A stretch of 64,000 nt of DNA from the human T2T-CHM13v2.0 reference genome, Homo sapiens. Of the stretch, positions 13,631-30,179 are shown piece by piece. The notes below the pieces were generated by a model that had not been told where the DNA came from, searched no databases, and was given only the letters and a program-made list of their open reading frames with translations. Numbering within the stretch: the stretch's first letter is position 1; each line of letters starts with the position of its first letter. A program made the translations under genes and the position numbers. The DNA lies in NCBI RefSeq assembly GCF_009914755.1, contig NC_060926.1, one strand, 5' to 3'.

Positions 13631-15192
13631 TATTTATGTAATTGAAATTATGTAATTCAAACATTTGTAAAATTGAAACATTGCTTTTTATTGGTCTCAA
13701 ATATAGGTCACATATATTTGTACTTGCACCCTATACAAAGGAAATGTAAACCTAAGTAAACCAAGGATATGTAAAGCATCAAGCCTTATTCAGCTTTGTT
13801 TTCCCAACAGTGTATAGCACAGACATATAATCATTGCTAAATCAATGTAGAGTTTTATTCAATCACCATGAAATGTGTTTAATAGAATATATATGTCCCA
13901 TAAAGTAGAAATAGCTCCAACAAAGAAAAAAGATTTGCACACTAATGTACTTCAGTTGTATTAAACCATTCTTGTGTTTTTCTTCAGTTAAAATCAAATG
14001 AAGTATTCTCTTGAAAGATGGGACCATTTCTTTTGTCATCACTGTAACAGAAATCTCACAAGTTATAAGCAATAAACCAGTATCCTAGGGCCTAATTTAC
14101 TATCAAGAAGAATATTAGATACCTTCAGATGACTAGAAAAGTGTGCCAAATTGTACCCCAGGGGTCTAAAAGACTTCATGTCTTCCTATAAATTACAACC
14201 TTGCTTATTATCGGGAAATAATTTAAACATTTGAAGAAGCTGTTTTAATAATATCAACAAAACAGTATCATTAAACAGCAGTTTTTATAATATCAACAGC
14301 TTACTATTAAGCTGTTTTAATAATATCAACAAAATATCAAATTGGACCAGAAGTGTGGACCAATTTGGTAGGGGATAATTAATGATGTCGGAGTTAAAAA
14401 TCTTTCAGAAATGGGCGTGAATACCTGTTATTTAAGAATCATTAAAAATGGGCATCCAAGAAGCCATCTTCAAGTGCAAAGTTTACTTAGCATTTGAGGT
14501 AAATTCAATCCAGGGATCTTTTAAAACTGTTAATACAGGTTGAGTTCAAGCCTCTGTCATAATGACTGACTAGTGACTCTAAGTTTGTCTGGTGCAAAAC
14601 ACCAGTCTCTCAAAGAGACAGTTTGATGTCTCACAAAATCTAAAAGTCTGCTTGATTGAAAGCTGTATAATCATTTTTAGATATTAGAGAAAGCCAAATT
14701 AACCTCCTTAGCGACTGCATTTTAGGATATAGACATGGACTGAGTAAGAAAATCTTTCCTGTTTCCATATTTACCAGTGCTTGTGTCTTCCTTCTTTAGA
14801 AACTCCAAGTGTTTGTACCTTGCCCTTTCCCTCTTAGTTGTAGTCAACTGATTGGAGTCAACAATACGAGCATCCTGGGAAAGAAATGGTCCCAAGCCTC
14901 TAGATGAGAGCCGCATCTTGTGTTACACTGGGGCCTCTCAAAAGCAGATATTCTCACCAAAATTTCTGCTCCTGGTCAAGAAGTCACAGCAGTTCCATGT
15001 CAAGATCTTTTTTTTTATCCCTGGCTACGACATCTGGGAGCAGCAGATGTTTGGTAGCTTCACAACTTCTTTCTTAAATGGGCAATCCTCCTTCTCCAGG
15101 AGAGTATCAAATACTCCCATTTTAACCATGTTTCTGCTTTTTACCTCACTGATCATCACAAGCCCAAACTCCATTACCAGCTCTGTTTATTA

Positions 15193-15550
15193 CAGAGTCA
15201 AATCAGCCAAATTGAATCCACTGCCCATTTTTGTAAATAAAGTTTTACTGGAACACAACTATATCCACTTCTTTACATATCGTCTACAGCTGCTTTCACT
15301 CTAAAAACGCAGAGGGTTGGCTTTAGCTCAAGCAGTTAGACTCTCCTCATGCTAGACTCTCCATCTGTCCAATCTCCCCGCTGGGGTCCAAGACCTACAG
15401 ATGCTTACTGACTCTTTAAAAACTTAATAAATAAATAAAAATTTGTAAAGTAAAAGGCAGAGTTGAGTACTTGAAACGGAGGCCATATGACCCACAAAGC
15501 TTAAAATATTTACTATCTTTCCCTTTATTTAAACAATTTGCTGACCCCTA
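15193..15550 (+). mobile_element. MER58A (hAT-Charlie), split by a vault-RNA retrocopy
   Basis: tttttgtaaataaagttttactggaacaca...gctgctttc [insert] ggcagagttgagta...aaaatatttactatc...tttgctgaccccta matches remembered MER58A. 5' TIR is degraded. Confidence 0.8.
15314..15451 (+). pseudogene. Retroposed pseudogene of vault RNA 2-1 (nc886/VTRNA2-1)
   Basis: 15314-15417 aligns end-to-end by eye (about 80% identity, many CpG transitions) to remembered VTRNA2-1: ttagctcaagc, ctcctcatgc, atctgtcca, gctgggg, tgcttactgac. A-rich tail 15418-15451; TSD aaaacgcaga (15304-15313)/aaaaggcaga (15452-15461). Confidence 0.85.
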
Positions 15551-15904
15551 GCCTAGATATTCGTTCTTGCACTACTATGTATATCTACTCATCTGACCTA
15601 CTCTTTCACTTCTGCCATCCCAACCCCTTCCTCTCAGCCATCTACAGCTGCCAATCCATCATCAACAAGTGTGACTGCATCCTCAACATCATCTTGAATG
15701 TTCCCTTTCCTTTCTTGCTCTAGGTAAAACCTGGCTGTGCCCTGTTGAAATCAATTCTGTTGCAGTCATATGCGGTGGAATCTGTTCTTCTTTTGCATCC
15801 TACGTAACCAGACCAAGCTGTGGGGTGAGTGCTTTTCTTGTTCTCCAGTGCCATTTTCAGACCTGTTGTCTTCCTGCATCCTTCCAAACCCCAGGCTCTG
15901 TTAA

Positions 15905-17576
<1,672 letters not shown>

Positions 17577-17614
<38 letters not shown>
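17577..17614. repeat. (TG)n microsatellite
   Basis: Directly visible. Confidence 0.95.
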
Positions 17615-17616
<2 letters not shown>

Positions 17617-18552
17617 TACAACTAGACCATAGGATTCACCAGGGCAAGGACTTTGTGTCTTATAAGTCTTTGTAGTTGGTGTTTAATAAACACTTGTTGC
17701 ATGAGTGAGTGAATCATTGCTCTAAATGAGCAATAATCTAAAGATAAAAGTTATTAACATGATGTTCCGCTTTTAAAATTTGCATTGGCATTTTTACTTT
17801 AACAAAATCAAAATGATTTCTTTTAGGATTATACTAATTCCTTTTAAACTAGTGCTAATTTGTGTGACTTATCCATATGCATCTAAATTAATTTTTCTAA
17901 CTTTAACTAGAGCTTATAAATAAATAAGTATACATATATGTATGTAGATGGATGGCTATATATACACCTACCCACACATATATAAAACATATGTTAGTCC
18001 TGTTCTAAGGATCTGCCAAACTTTCTTGGTAAGACTTGCCAATTGCAATCATGTGACAGGATGACAGTTCTCTTCTCTGGGAGAAGTCCAGACTTCCAGT
18101 GTCTGGGACAGAAATAATGTAGACCAAGAAACATATATAGCTGATGATGGATGATTTTTGGCTCTCATAATGTGAGGTTTGGTCTTCTTATTGGGAGACT
18201 ATGAAAATCATTAGATCAGAAATTATTTTTATTTCTACTCAGTTGAAAGAAGTTTTCCTTCTAGTATTTCTGTATGCAGGCATACTGCAAAGACAATTTG
18301 CTTGGTCAATATGGGTTTATACTAAACTCTACAACTCAAAGATAGGATGAGATCCTTTTGCCAGTGTAGCTGTCTTATTTTTATTGGCATAGTGACTGTG
18401 TGTCCAAATATACACCAATTATAGATGTTTTCCTGTTGTCAGTAATATGGTACTGTTTAAGAGTGAAGACGTTTTCACTCTCAGGCAAAACTGATTCTGA
18501 GGACATGACAGGGATACTTCAGTGATTGCATTTATGCGCACAGAGGAGGTTA

Positions 18553-19033
18553 ACAGTTAGGAATGCTTTCAGTGGTAAGCAACAAAATAATTAGCAGTGC
18601 TTCAACAAATTGGGGCTCAGTGGCTCAATGACATAAAGAGTGCCATCTTTGCAATTCCAATGACCTTCCTGTCAAAGTCGAATGATGGCTGCAGTGCAAA
18701 AGTGTCCTAGCACACCTGTCCTAGCAAGTGTGCTTTTGCTAGGTCAGGTGTGCTAGAAGCAGGAGGTGGTGTGGACAGGTGAGTTTCTCTTTTTGCTTAT
18801 ATTCTCTTATCAAGGAGATAAAAACACTTATCCTCCAACAAACTCCTCCAACAAACTTCCCTTTACATCTTATTGCCTCTTAATTTGTCCCATGACAGTT
18901 CCTAGACCAGCTGCCGAAGCTACCTTTCCTGAGAACTAAAATCCTTGCCTGATTTCTGAACAAATGGGGCCTCCACTTGAAAGAGTGGATAGAGGAATGG
19001 TTTTTGTGATGGCAAGGAATAGAGCCTGCCACA
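18553..19033 (-). mobile_element. MLT1J/K-like MaLR LTR (old)
   Basis: agttaggaatgctttcagtggtaagcaacaaaa ... gcctgccaca termini typical of reverse MLT1. Confidence 0.5.
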
Positions 19034-20918
19034 GCGGGCTAACAACCACACTCATGAAGTTTCATGGAGGAGATCTTGCTTATGTTGAATTCAACAGAAG
19101 CCGACAGGTAATACAGTTGAGAAAGGTTGAAAAGGCAGAGAGAGAGAGCTGCTTCTGCAAGTGTATTGAACAATCAAAGGCAAATAATTCGTTACAGCTG
19201 GGCATTCTGTACATGTAGATTAGTGAGAGATGACTGCAGAGGTCAGCAGACCTCGTGCCATAAAGACAACATGGAAGCAGGGAGTCAAGTTCTCATACCT
19301 TTGGGCATTCATTCTGAAATTGCTAAAGAAGCAAATAAATGTCTGTCTGGGCTTTCCCGCCATACATGACTGAGAATATCCAGACATTTCTCTATATTAA
19401 AGAAAAAGGAGAGAGCAGTCATTACTTAGAATGTCTTTTTGTGCTTGCGCGCACGTGCTCTCTCTCTCTCTCTCTCCCCCTAGCTAAACCTTGGCTGGGG
19501 AGTTTTCTGCATTTTGCTAAGCTAGATTGTACTCAATGGGTTATAGAGCCCCAGAAGAGTTTTCAGCTACACTTCGCCCACTAAAACCTTTGGAGAAAAG
19601 AGGCTGAATGCTTGCAGTGAAACTAGTCCTGCTACCCTAATCATTGTTGATCAGGCCAAGAAACCAGTACCTGAACCCAAATTTGTCCCAGTAAGAACTC
19701 ACCATATTGGGTAAAGACAAACCAACAAAATTAGATCTCCTCACCTTGAGAAGGGAAACTGAATGAGAGATGTATGCTAGAAATGTCAGTAGCAGAAGCA
19801 ACGTGCAGAGGAGGAAGGAGAGAGGGCAGAGGAGGAAGGAGAGAGGGCAGAGGGAAAGAGCTAGAGAGAAAAAGAAAAAGAGGAAAGTGAACAACAGCTG
19901 GGCTCTGGAAATTAACATAATAAGTCTCTGGCTATTGGAAACTGAGGAGGAAAAAAGAACACAGAAAGTGTCAATCAACTCTCAGACAATTCTTTAGTGA
20001 CATGGACCATATTATCATGATTATCTTCAGTTCATAGGAATCATTAAATCTATTCCCAAAATGCAATCTAATATTCTCCCAAGGAATATAATATATTCAA
20101 ATAAAATTATTGACAAAGGTTACAATCGTAAATTATTTATCAGGTTGAATTACTCCCCACCTTCCAGGGAAGTCTCAGGTTGAGGTCTTTGGAAATAGTC
20201 ATGCCACTGTTTCCTCTTTGAGTTTATGGTTAATGGCACAGAGAGAAGTCTTTTCTTCCCTGGGTAGTTCTGAGTAAGAAAACAATAGTCAAACTTGAAT
20301 GTAATCACTGAGGCAACAAGAGAAAGAAAAGTAATGTTTAGTTAACAGAACTGCAGACCGGAAGAGACAGGATTCATGGATCTGCCAAGGTGAGGAATAC
20401 AGCCTGAAATGCAAATAGAAGCAGATTGGAGAACAGGAAAGAAACTTCTGGAGAAAGCAGGCAAAGGGACCTGTTCCAATGGAAGCACACTTTATGTCTC
20501 CCAGAATAGTAGTTCCCCATCCTGGCTTCCTGTCAGAATTACCTGCAGTTCGTTTCAAAAAAAACACATTTCCAGAACTTGCTCAATTCCTGCTGAATCA
20601 AAATATGACTTTTTATGCAGCTGGCCTGTCACCTACACATGATGAACTTTTTCCTGTCCAGAGGAAAATATCCATGATGATGGCAAAAGTCCTTTCTTGA
20701 GAGCTGTCTTTTATTCTCGGACTAAGGTCATCTTAATTTTTTATTATAATATTCTTCCTTTTATGAAATTGTTATGACAAAACATGATGAGGTTTTTTTT
20801 AATGTTCTTACTTAGCAAAATAAAAATTAGCAAAACTATTGCTAGGTCTATGACCTTGGATGGTTCACCAAAATCACCATCACTAGTTCCTGATTTTAAA
20901 ATCAGAGTAGTAAAACCT

Positions 20919-21242
<324 letters not shown>

Positions 21243-21997
21243 TTAACAGCATTGTTTTGTGTAGATTATAGGAAATAACATGTATAATACAACTGGTACA
21301 TAAGAAACACCCAATATGTTCTCTATGTTATCAGGTAAAATACTTTGGTTTGACTCTTGTTACTCAAATGATAGGATGATTTACTGTTTCAGGTAAGTGA
21401 AACGTCTTGACATTGTGATTGGCGTCCAGTCTCCTTCAAACAGGACTCTGCTTTTCTATGATTCTTTCTGTTGTCCCTTCCACTATGTTTTGTATTTGCC
21501 TCTGGTCTAGCTTCTCAAGGTAGCCTCCAGGATGCACAGAGTGAGAGAGGATGCTTTTCCCTAAACCAGGAACAAAATTCCAGCCCTAAGGAGATTGGAC
21601 CACTCCCGACCAATGAGTTTGGCCAGGGAGGTCATGCACTGATTGGCTCAGCCCTGGATCAGTCTACTTCTCAACCAATCAAGGTGCTAAGGAAATAGGA
21701 TTACCCTAAACGATTTAACACACCGGGACTCATTCCTGAAGCTGGAGATGCTGTAACACAATCAAAACTGTAAGGCTTAAAAGAATTAAAGTAGGAATTG
21801 CCGCAATTCCCTTCCTAGACTTATTCCCAAATATACTTACTATGGACTACCTGCATACAGCAGCCCCTTCACATATTTTTACTGCCTGTCATAAAGTAGT
21901 CTGGGTTACATTTAAAGAAGCTGCCAGCACTTAATGCATAGAAGTACTAAAAATTTGTTACTGATGTTTGAAAAATATAGAAAATTAGAAGCGGAAT

Positions 21998-22159
21998 GGC
22001 TGAGTGTAGTGGCTTACACCTGCAGTCCCTACATGTTAGGAGGCCAAGGCAGGAAGACTGCTTGAGGCCAGGAGTTTGAGACTTGGGCAGCATAGCAAGG
22101 CTTTGTCTCTACGAAAAATTGAATAAATGGATAAATAATAAAAGAAAAGGAAAGAATAA
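21998..22159 (+). mobile_element. Alu left monomer (FLAM)
   Basis: TSD agaaaattagaag[c/g]ggaa at 21979-21996 and 22160-22177. Confidence 0.88.
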
Positions 22160-22228
22160 AGAAAATTAGAAGGGGAAGAAGCCTCTTATCCCACCAGAGA
22201 GTGTAAATGATTATTAAAATTTAATGTA

Positions 22229-24979
22229 GCTCTCCCTCTCCCTCTCCCTCTCCCTCTCCCTCTCCCTCTCCCTCCACCGTCTCCCTCTGATGCTGAGCCA
22301 AAGCTGGACGGTACTGCTGCCATCTCGGCTCACTGCAACCTCCCTGCCTGATTCTCCTGCCTCAGCCTGCCGAGTGCCTGCGATTGCAGGCACGCGCCGC
22401 CACGCCTGACTGGTTTTCGTTTTTTTTTGGTGGAGACGGGGTTTCGCTGTGTTGGCCGGGCTGGTCTCCAGCTCCTAACCGCGAGTGATCCGCCAGCCTC
22501 GGCCTCCCGAGGTGCCAGGATTGCAGATGGAGTCTCGTTCACTCAGTGCTCAATGGTGCCCAGGCTGGAGTGCAGTGGCGTGATCTCAGCTCAGTACAAC
22601 CTACACCTCCCAGCCGCCTGCCTTGGCCTCCCAAAGAGCCGAGATTGCAGCCTCTGCCCGGCCGCCACCCCGTCTGGGAAGTGAGGAGCGTCTCTGCCTG
22701 GCCGCCCATCGTCTGGGATATGAGGAGCCCCTCTGCCTGGCTGCCCAGTCTGGAAAGTGAGGAGCGTCTCTGCCCGGCCGCCATCCCATCTAGGAAGCGA
22801 GGAGCGCCTCTTCCCCGCCGCCATCCCATCTAGGAAGTGAGGAGCGTCTCTGCCCGGCCGCCCATCGTCTGAGATGTGGGGAGCACCTCTGCCCCACTGC
22901 CCTGTCTGGGATGTGAGGAGCGCCTCTGCTGGGCCGCAACCCTGTCTGGGAGGTGAGGAGCGTCTCTGCCCGGCCGCTCCGTCTGAGAAGTGAGGAAACC
23001 CTCTGCCTGGCAACCGCCCCGTCTGAGAAGTGAGGAGCCCCTCCGTCCGGCAACCACCCCGTCTGGGAAGTGAGGAGCGTCTCCGCCCGGCAGCCACCCC
23101 GTCCGGGAGGGAGGTGGGGGGGGTCAGCCCCCCGCCCGGCCAGCCACCCCGTCCGGCAGGTGAGGGGCTCCTCTGCCCGGCCGCCCCTACTGGGAAGTGA
23201 GGAGCCCCTCTGCCCGGCCAGCCGCCCCGTCCGGGAGGGAGGTGGGGGGGGTCAGCCCCCCGCCAGGCCAGCCGCCCCGTCCGGGAGGGAGGTGGGGGGG
23301 TCAGCCCCCCGCCCGGCCAGCCGCCCAGTCCGGGAGGGAGGTGGGGGGGTCAGCCCCCCGCCCGGCCAGCCGCCCCGTCCGGGAGGGAGGTGGGGGGGGT
23401 CAGCCCCCCGCCCGGCCAGCCGCCCCGTCCGGGAGGGAGGTGGGGGGGTCAGCCCCCCGCCCGGCCGGCCGCCCCGTCCGGGAGGTGAGGGGCGCCTCTG
23501 CCCGGCCGCCCCTACTGGGAAGTGAGGACCCCTCTGCCCGGCCAGCCGCCCCATCCGGGAGGGAGGTGGGGGGGTCAGCCCCCCGCCCGGCCAGCCGCCC
23601 AGTCCGGGAGGGAGGTGGGGGGTCAGCCCCCCGCCCGGCCAGCCGCCCCGTCCGGGAGGGAGGTGGGAGGATCAGCCCTCCGCCTGGCCAGCCGCCCCGT
23701 CCGGGAGGTGAGGGGCGCCTCTGCCCGGCCGCCCCTACTGGGAAGTGAGGAGCCCCTCTGCCCGGCCAGCCGCCCCGCCCGGGAGGGAGGTGGGGGGGTC
23801 AGCCCCCCGCCTGGCCAGCCGCCCCATCCGGGAGGGAGGTGGGGGGGTCAGCCCCCCGCCCGGCCAGCCGCCCCGTCCGGGAGGGAGGTGGGGGGGTCAG
23901 CCCCCCGCCCGGCCAGCCGCCCCGTCCGGGAGGGGGGAGGGGGGGTCAGCCCCCTGCCCGGCCAGCCGCCCCGTCCGGGAGGGAGGTGGGGGGGTCAGCC
24001 CCCCGCCCGGCCAGCCGCCCCGTCCGGGAGGGAGGTGGGGGGGTCAGCCCCGCTTCCGGCCGGCCGCCCCGTCCGGGAGGTGAGGGGCTCCTCTGCCCGG
24101 CCGCCCCTACTGGGAAGTGAGGACCCCTCTGCCCGGCCAGCCGCCCTGTCCGGGAGGGAGGTGGGGGGGACAGCCCCCCGCCCGGCCAGCCGCCCTATCC
24201 AGGAGGTGAGGGGCGCCTCTGCCCGGCCGCCCCTACTGGGAAGTGAGGAGCCGCTCTGCCTGGCCAGCCGCCCCGTCCGGGAGGGTGGTGGGGGGTCAGC
24301 CCCCGCCCGGCCAGCCGCCCCATCCAGGAGGTGAGGGGCGCTTCTGCCCGGCCGCCCCTACTGGGAAGTGAGGAGCCCCTCTGCCCGGCCAAGACCCCGT
24401 CTGGGAGGTGTGCCCAGCGGCTCATTGGGGATGGGCCATGATGACAATGGCGGTTTTGTGGAATAGAAAGGCGGGAAGGGTGGGGAAAAAATTGAGAAAT
24501 CGGATGGTTGCCGGGTCTGTGTGGATAGAAGTAGACATGGGAGACTTTTCATTTTGTTCTGTACTAAGAAAAATTCTTCTGCCTTGGGATCCTGTTGATC
24601 TGTGACCTTATCCCCAACCCTGTGCTCTCTGAAACATGTGCTGCGTCCACTCAGGGTTAAATGGGTTAAATGGATTAAGGGCGGTGCAAGATGTGCTTTG
24701 TTAAACAGATGCTTGAAGGCAGCATGCTCGTTAAGAGTCATCACCACTCCCTAATCTTAAGTACCCAGGGACACAAACACTGCGGAAGGCCGCAGGGTCC
24801 TCTGCCTAGGAAAACCAGAGACCTTTGTTCACTTGTTTATCTGCTGACCTTCCCTCCACTATTGTCCTATGACCCTGCCAAATCCCCCTCTGCGAGAAAC
24901 ACCCAAGAATGATCAATAAAAAAATAAAATAAAATAAAATAAAATAAAATAAAAAAGAAATCCAATTGCTGGAAAAAAA
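22229..24979 (+). mobile_element. Full-length SVA retrotransposon (young, SVA_E/F-like)
   Basis: (CCCTCT)n 22230-22274, antisense Alu-like region to ~22660, GC-rich VNTR to ~24408, SINE-R to AATAAA (24915-24920), A-rich tails; 13-bp TSD aaaatttaatgta at 22216-22228 and 24980-24992 at a TT/AAAA L1 endonuclease site. Confidence 0.97.
22660..24408 (+). repeat. SVA VNTR (about 35-50-bp GC-rich units)
   Basis: Repeated ccgccccgtccgggagggaggtgggggggtcagccccccgcccggccag and ccgcccctactgggaagtgaggagcccctctgcccgg units. Confidence 0.95.
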
Positions 24980-25278
24980 AAAATTTAATGTATTCTTGTC
25001 TTCTTTGCATTGTGTGCATGTATATTGTGTTACATATAAAATTGCATATGTTTATATTTTATTTAATTAATTAATTTATTTATTAAGTTCTAGGGTACAT
25101 GTGCACAACGTGCAGGTTTGTTACATATGTATACATGAGCCATGTTAGTGTGCTGCACCCATTAACTCGTCATTTACATTAGGTGTTTCTCCTAATGCTA
25201 TCCCTCCTCCCTCCCCCAACCCCATGACAGGCCCCGGAGTGTGATGTTCCCCACCCTGTGTCCAAGTGTTCTCATTGT

Positions 25279-29091
<3,813 letters not shown>

Positions 29092-29154
29092 TATGATGTT
29101 AGCTGGTTATTTTGCTCATTAGTTGATGCAGCTTCTTCCTAGTATCGATGGTCT

Positions 29155-30179
29155 TTACAATTTGGCATGTTTTTGCAGTGGCTGGTACCAGTTGTTCCTT
29201 TCCATGTTTAGTGCTTCCTTCAGGAACTCTTGTAAGGTAGGCCTGGTGGTGACAAAATCTCTCAGCATTTGCTTGTCTGTAAAGTATTTTATTTCTCCTT
29301 CACTTATGAAGCCTAGTTTGGCTGGATATGAAATTCTGGGTTGAAAATTATTTTCTTTAAGTATGTTGAATATTGGCCCCCACTCTCTTCTGGCTTGTAG
29401 AGTTTCTGCCGAGAGATCCGCTGTTAGTCTGATGGGCTTCCCTTTTTGGGTAACCCACCTTTCTCTCTGGCTGCCCTTAACATTTTTTGTTGCATTTCAA
29501 CTTTGATGAATCTGATAATTATGTGTCTTGGAGTTGCTCTTCTTGTGGAGTATCTTTGTGGTGTTCTCTGTATTTCCTGAATTTGAATGTTGGCCTGCCT
29601 TGCTAAGTTGGGGAAGTTCTCCTGGATAATATCCTGCAGAGTGTTTTCCAACTTGGGTCCATTCTCCCCGTCACTTTCAGGTACACCAATCAGACATAGA
29701 TTTGGTCTTTTCACATGGTCCCATATTTCTTGGAGGCTTTGTTCATTTCTTTTTATTCTTTTTTCTCTAAACTTCTATTCTCGCTTCATTTCATTCATTT
29801 GATCTTCAATCACTGATACCATTTCTTCCACTTGATCGAATCAGCTACTGAAGCTTGTGCATGCATCACATAGTTCTTGTGCCATGGTTTTCAGCTCCAT
29901 CAGGTCATTTAAGGTCTTCTCTACACTGTTTATTCTAGTTAGCCATTCGTCTAATCTTTTTTCAAGGTTTTTAGCTTCTTTGCGATGGGTTCGAACATCC
30001 TCCTTTAGCTTGGAGAAGTTTGTTGTTACCGATCGTCTGAAGCCTTCTTCTCTCAACTCATCAAAGTCATTCTCCATCCAGCTTTGTTCCATTGCTGGCA
30101 AGGAGCTGCATTCCTTTGGAGGAGAAGAGGCAGTCTGATTTTTAGAATTTTCAGCTTTTCTGCTCTGGTTTCTCCCCAT
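29155..30179 (-). pseudogene. L1 ORF1, disrupted
   Basis: MGRNQSRKAENSKNQ... and KRPNLCLIGVPESDGENG... fragments separated by a stop and followed by a frameshift. 3' boundary approximate. Confidence 0.9.

Noticed and set aside
23070-24408. Regularly spaced repeats as a CRISPR-like array
   Set aside because: Tandem VNTR units without unique spacers in a primate genome; no cas genes.
22330-24912. Long Pro/Gly/Arg-rich ORFs (up to 270 aa)
   Set aside because: They are translations of the stop-poor SVA VNTR and SINE-R; SVA is non-coding.
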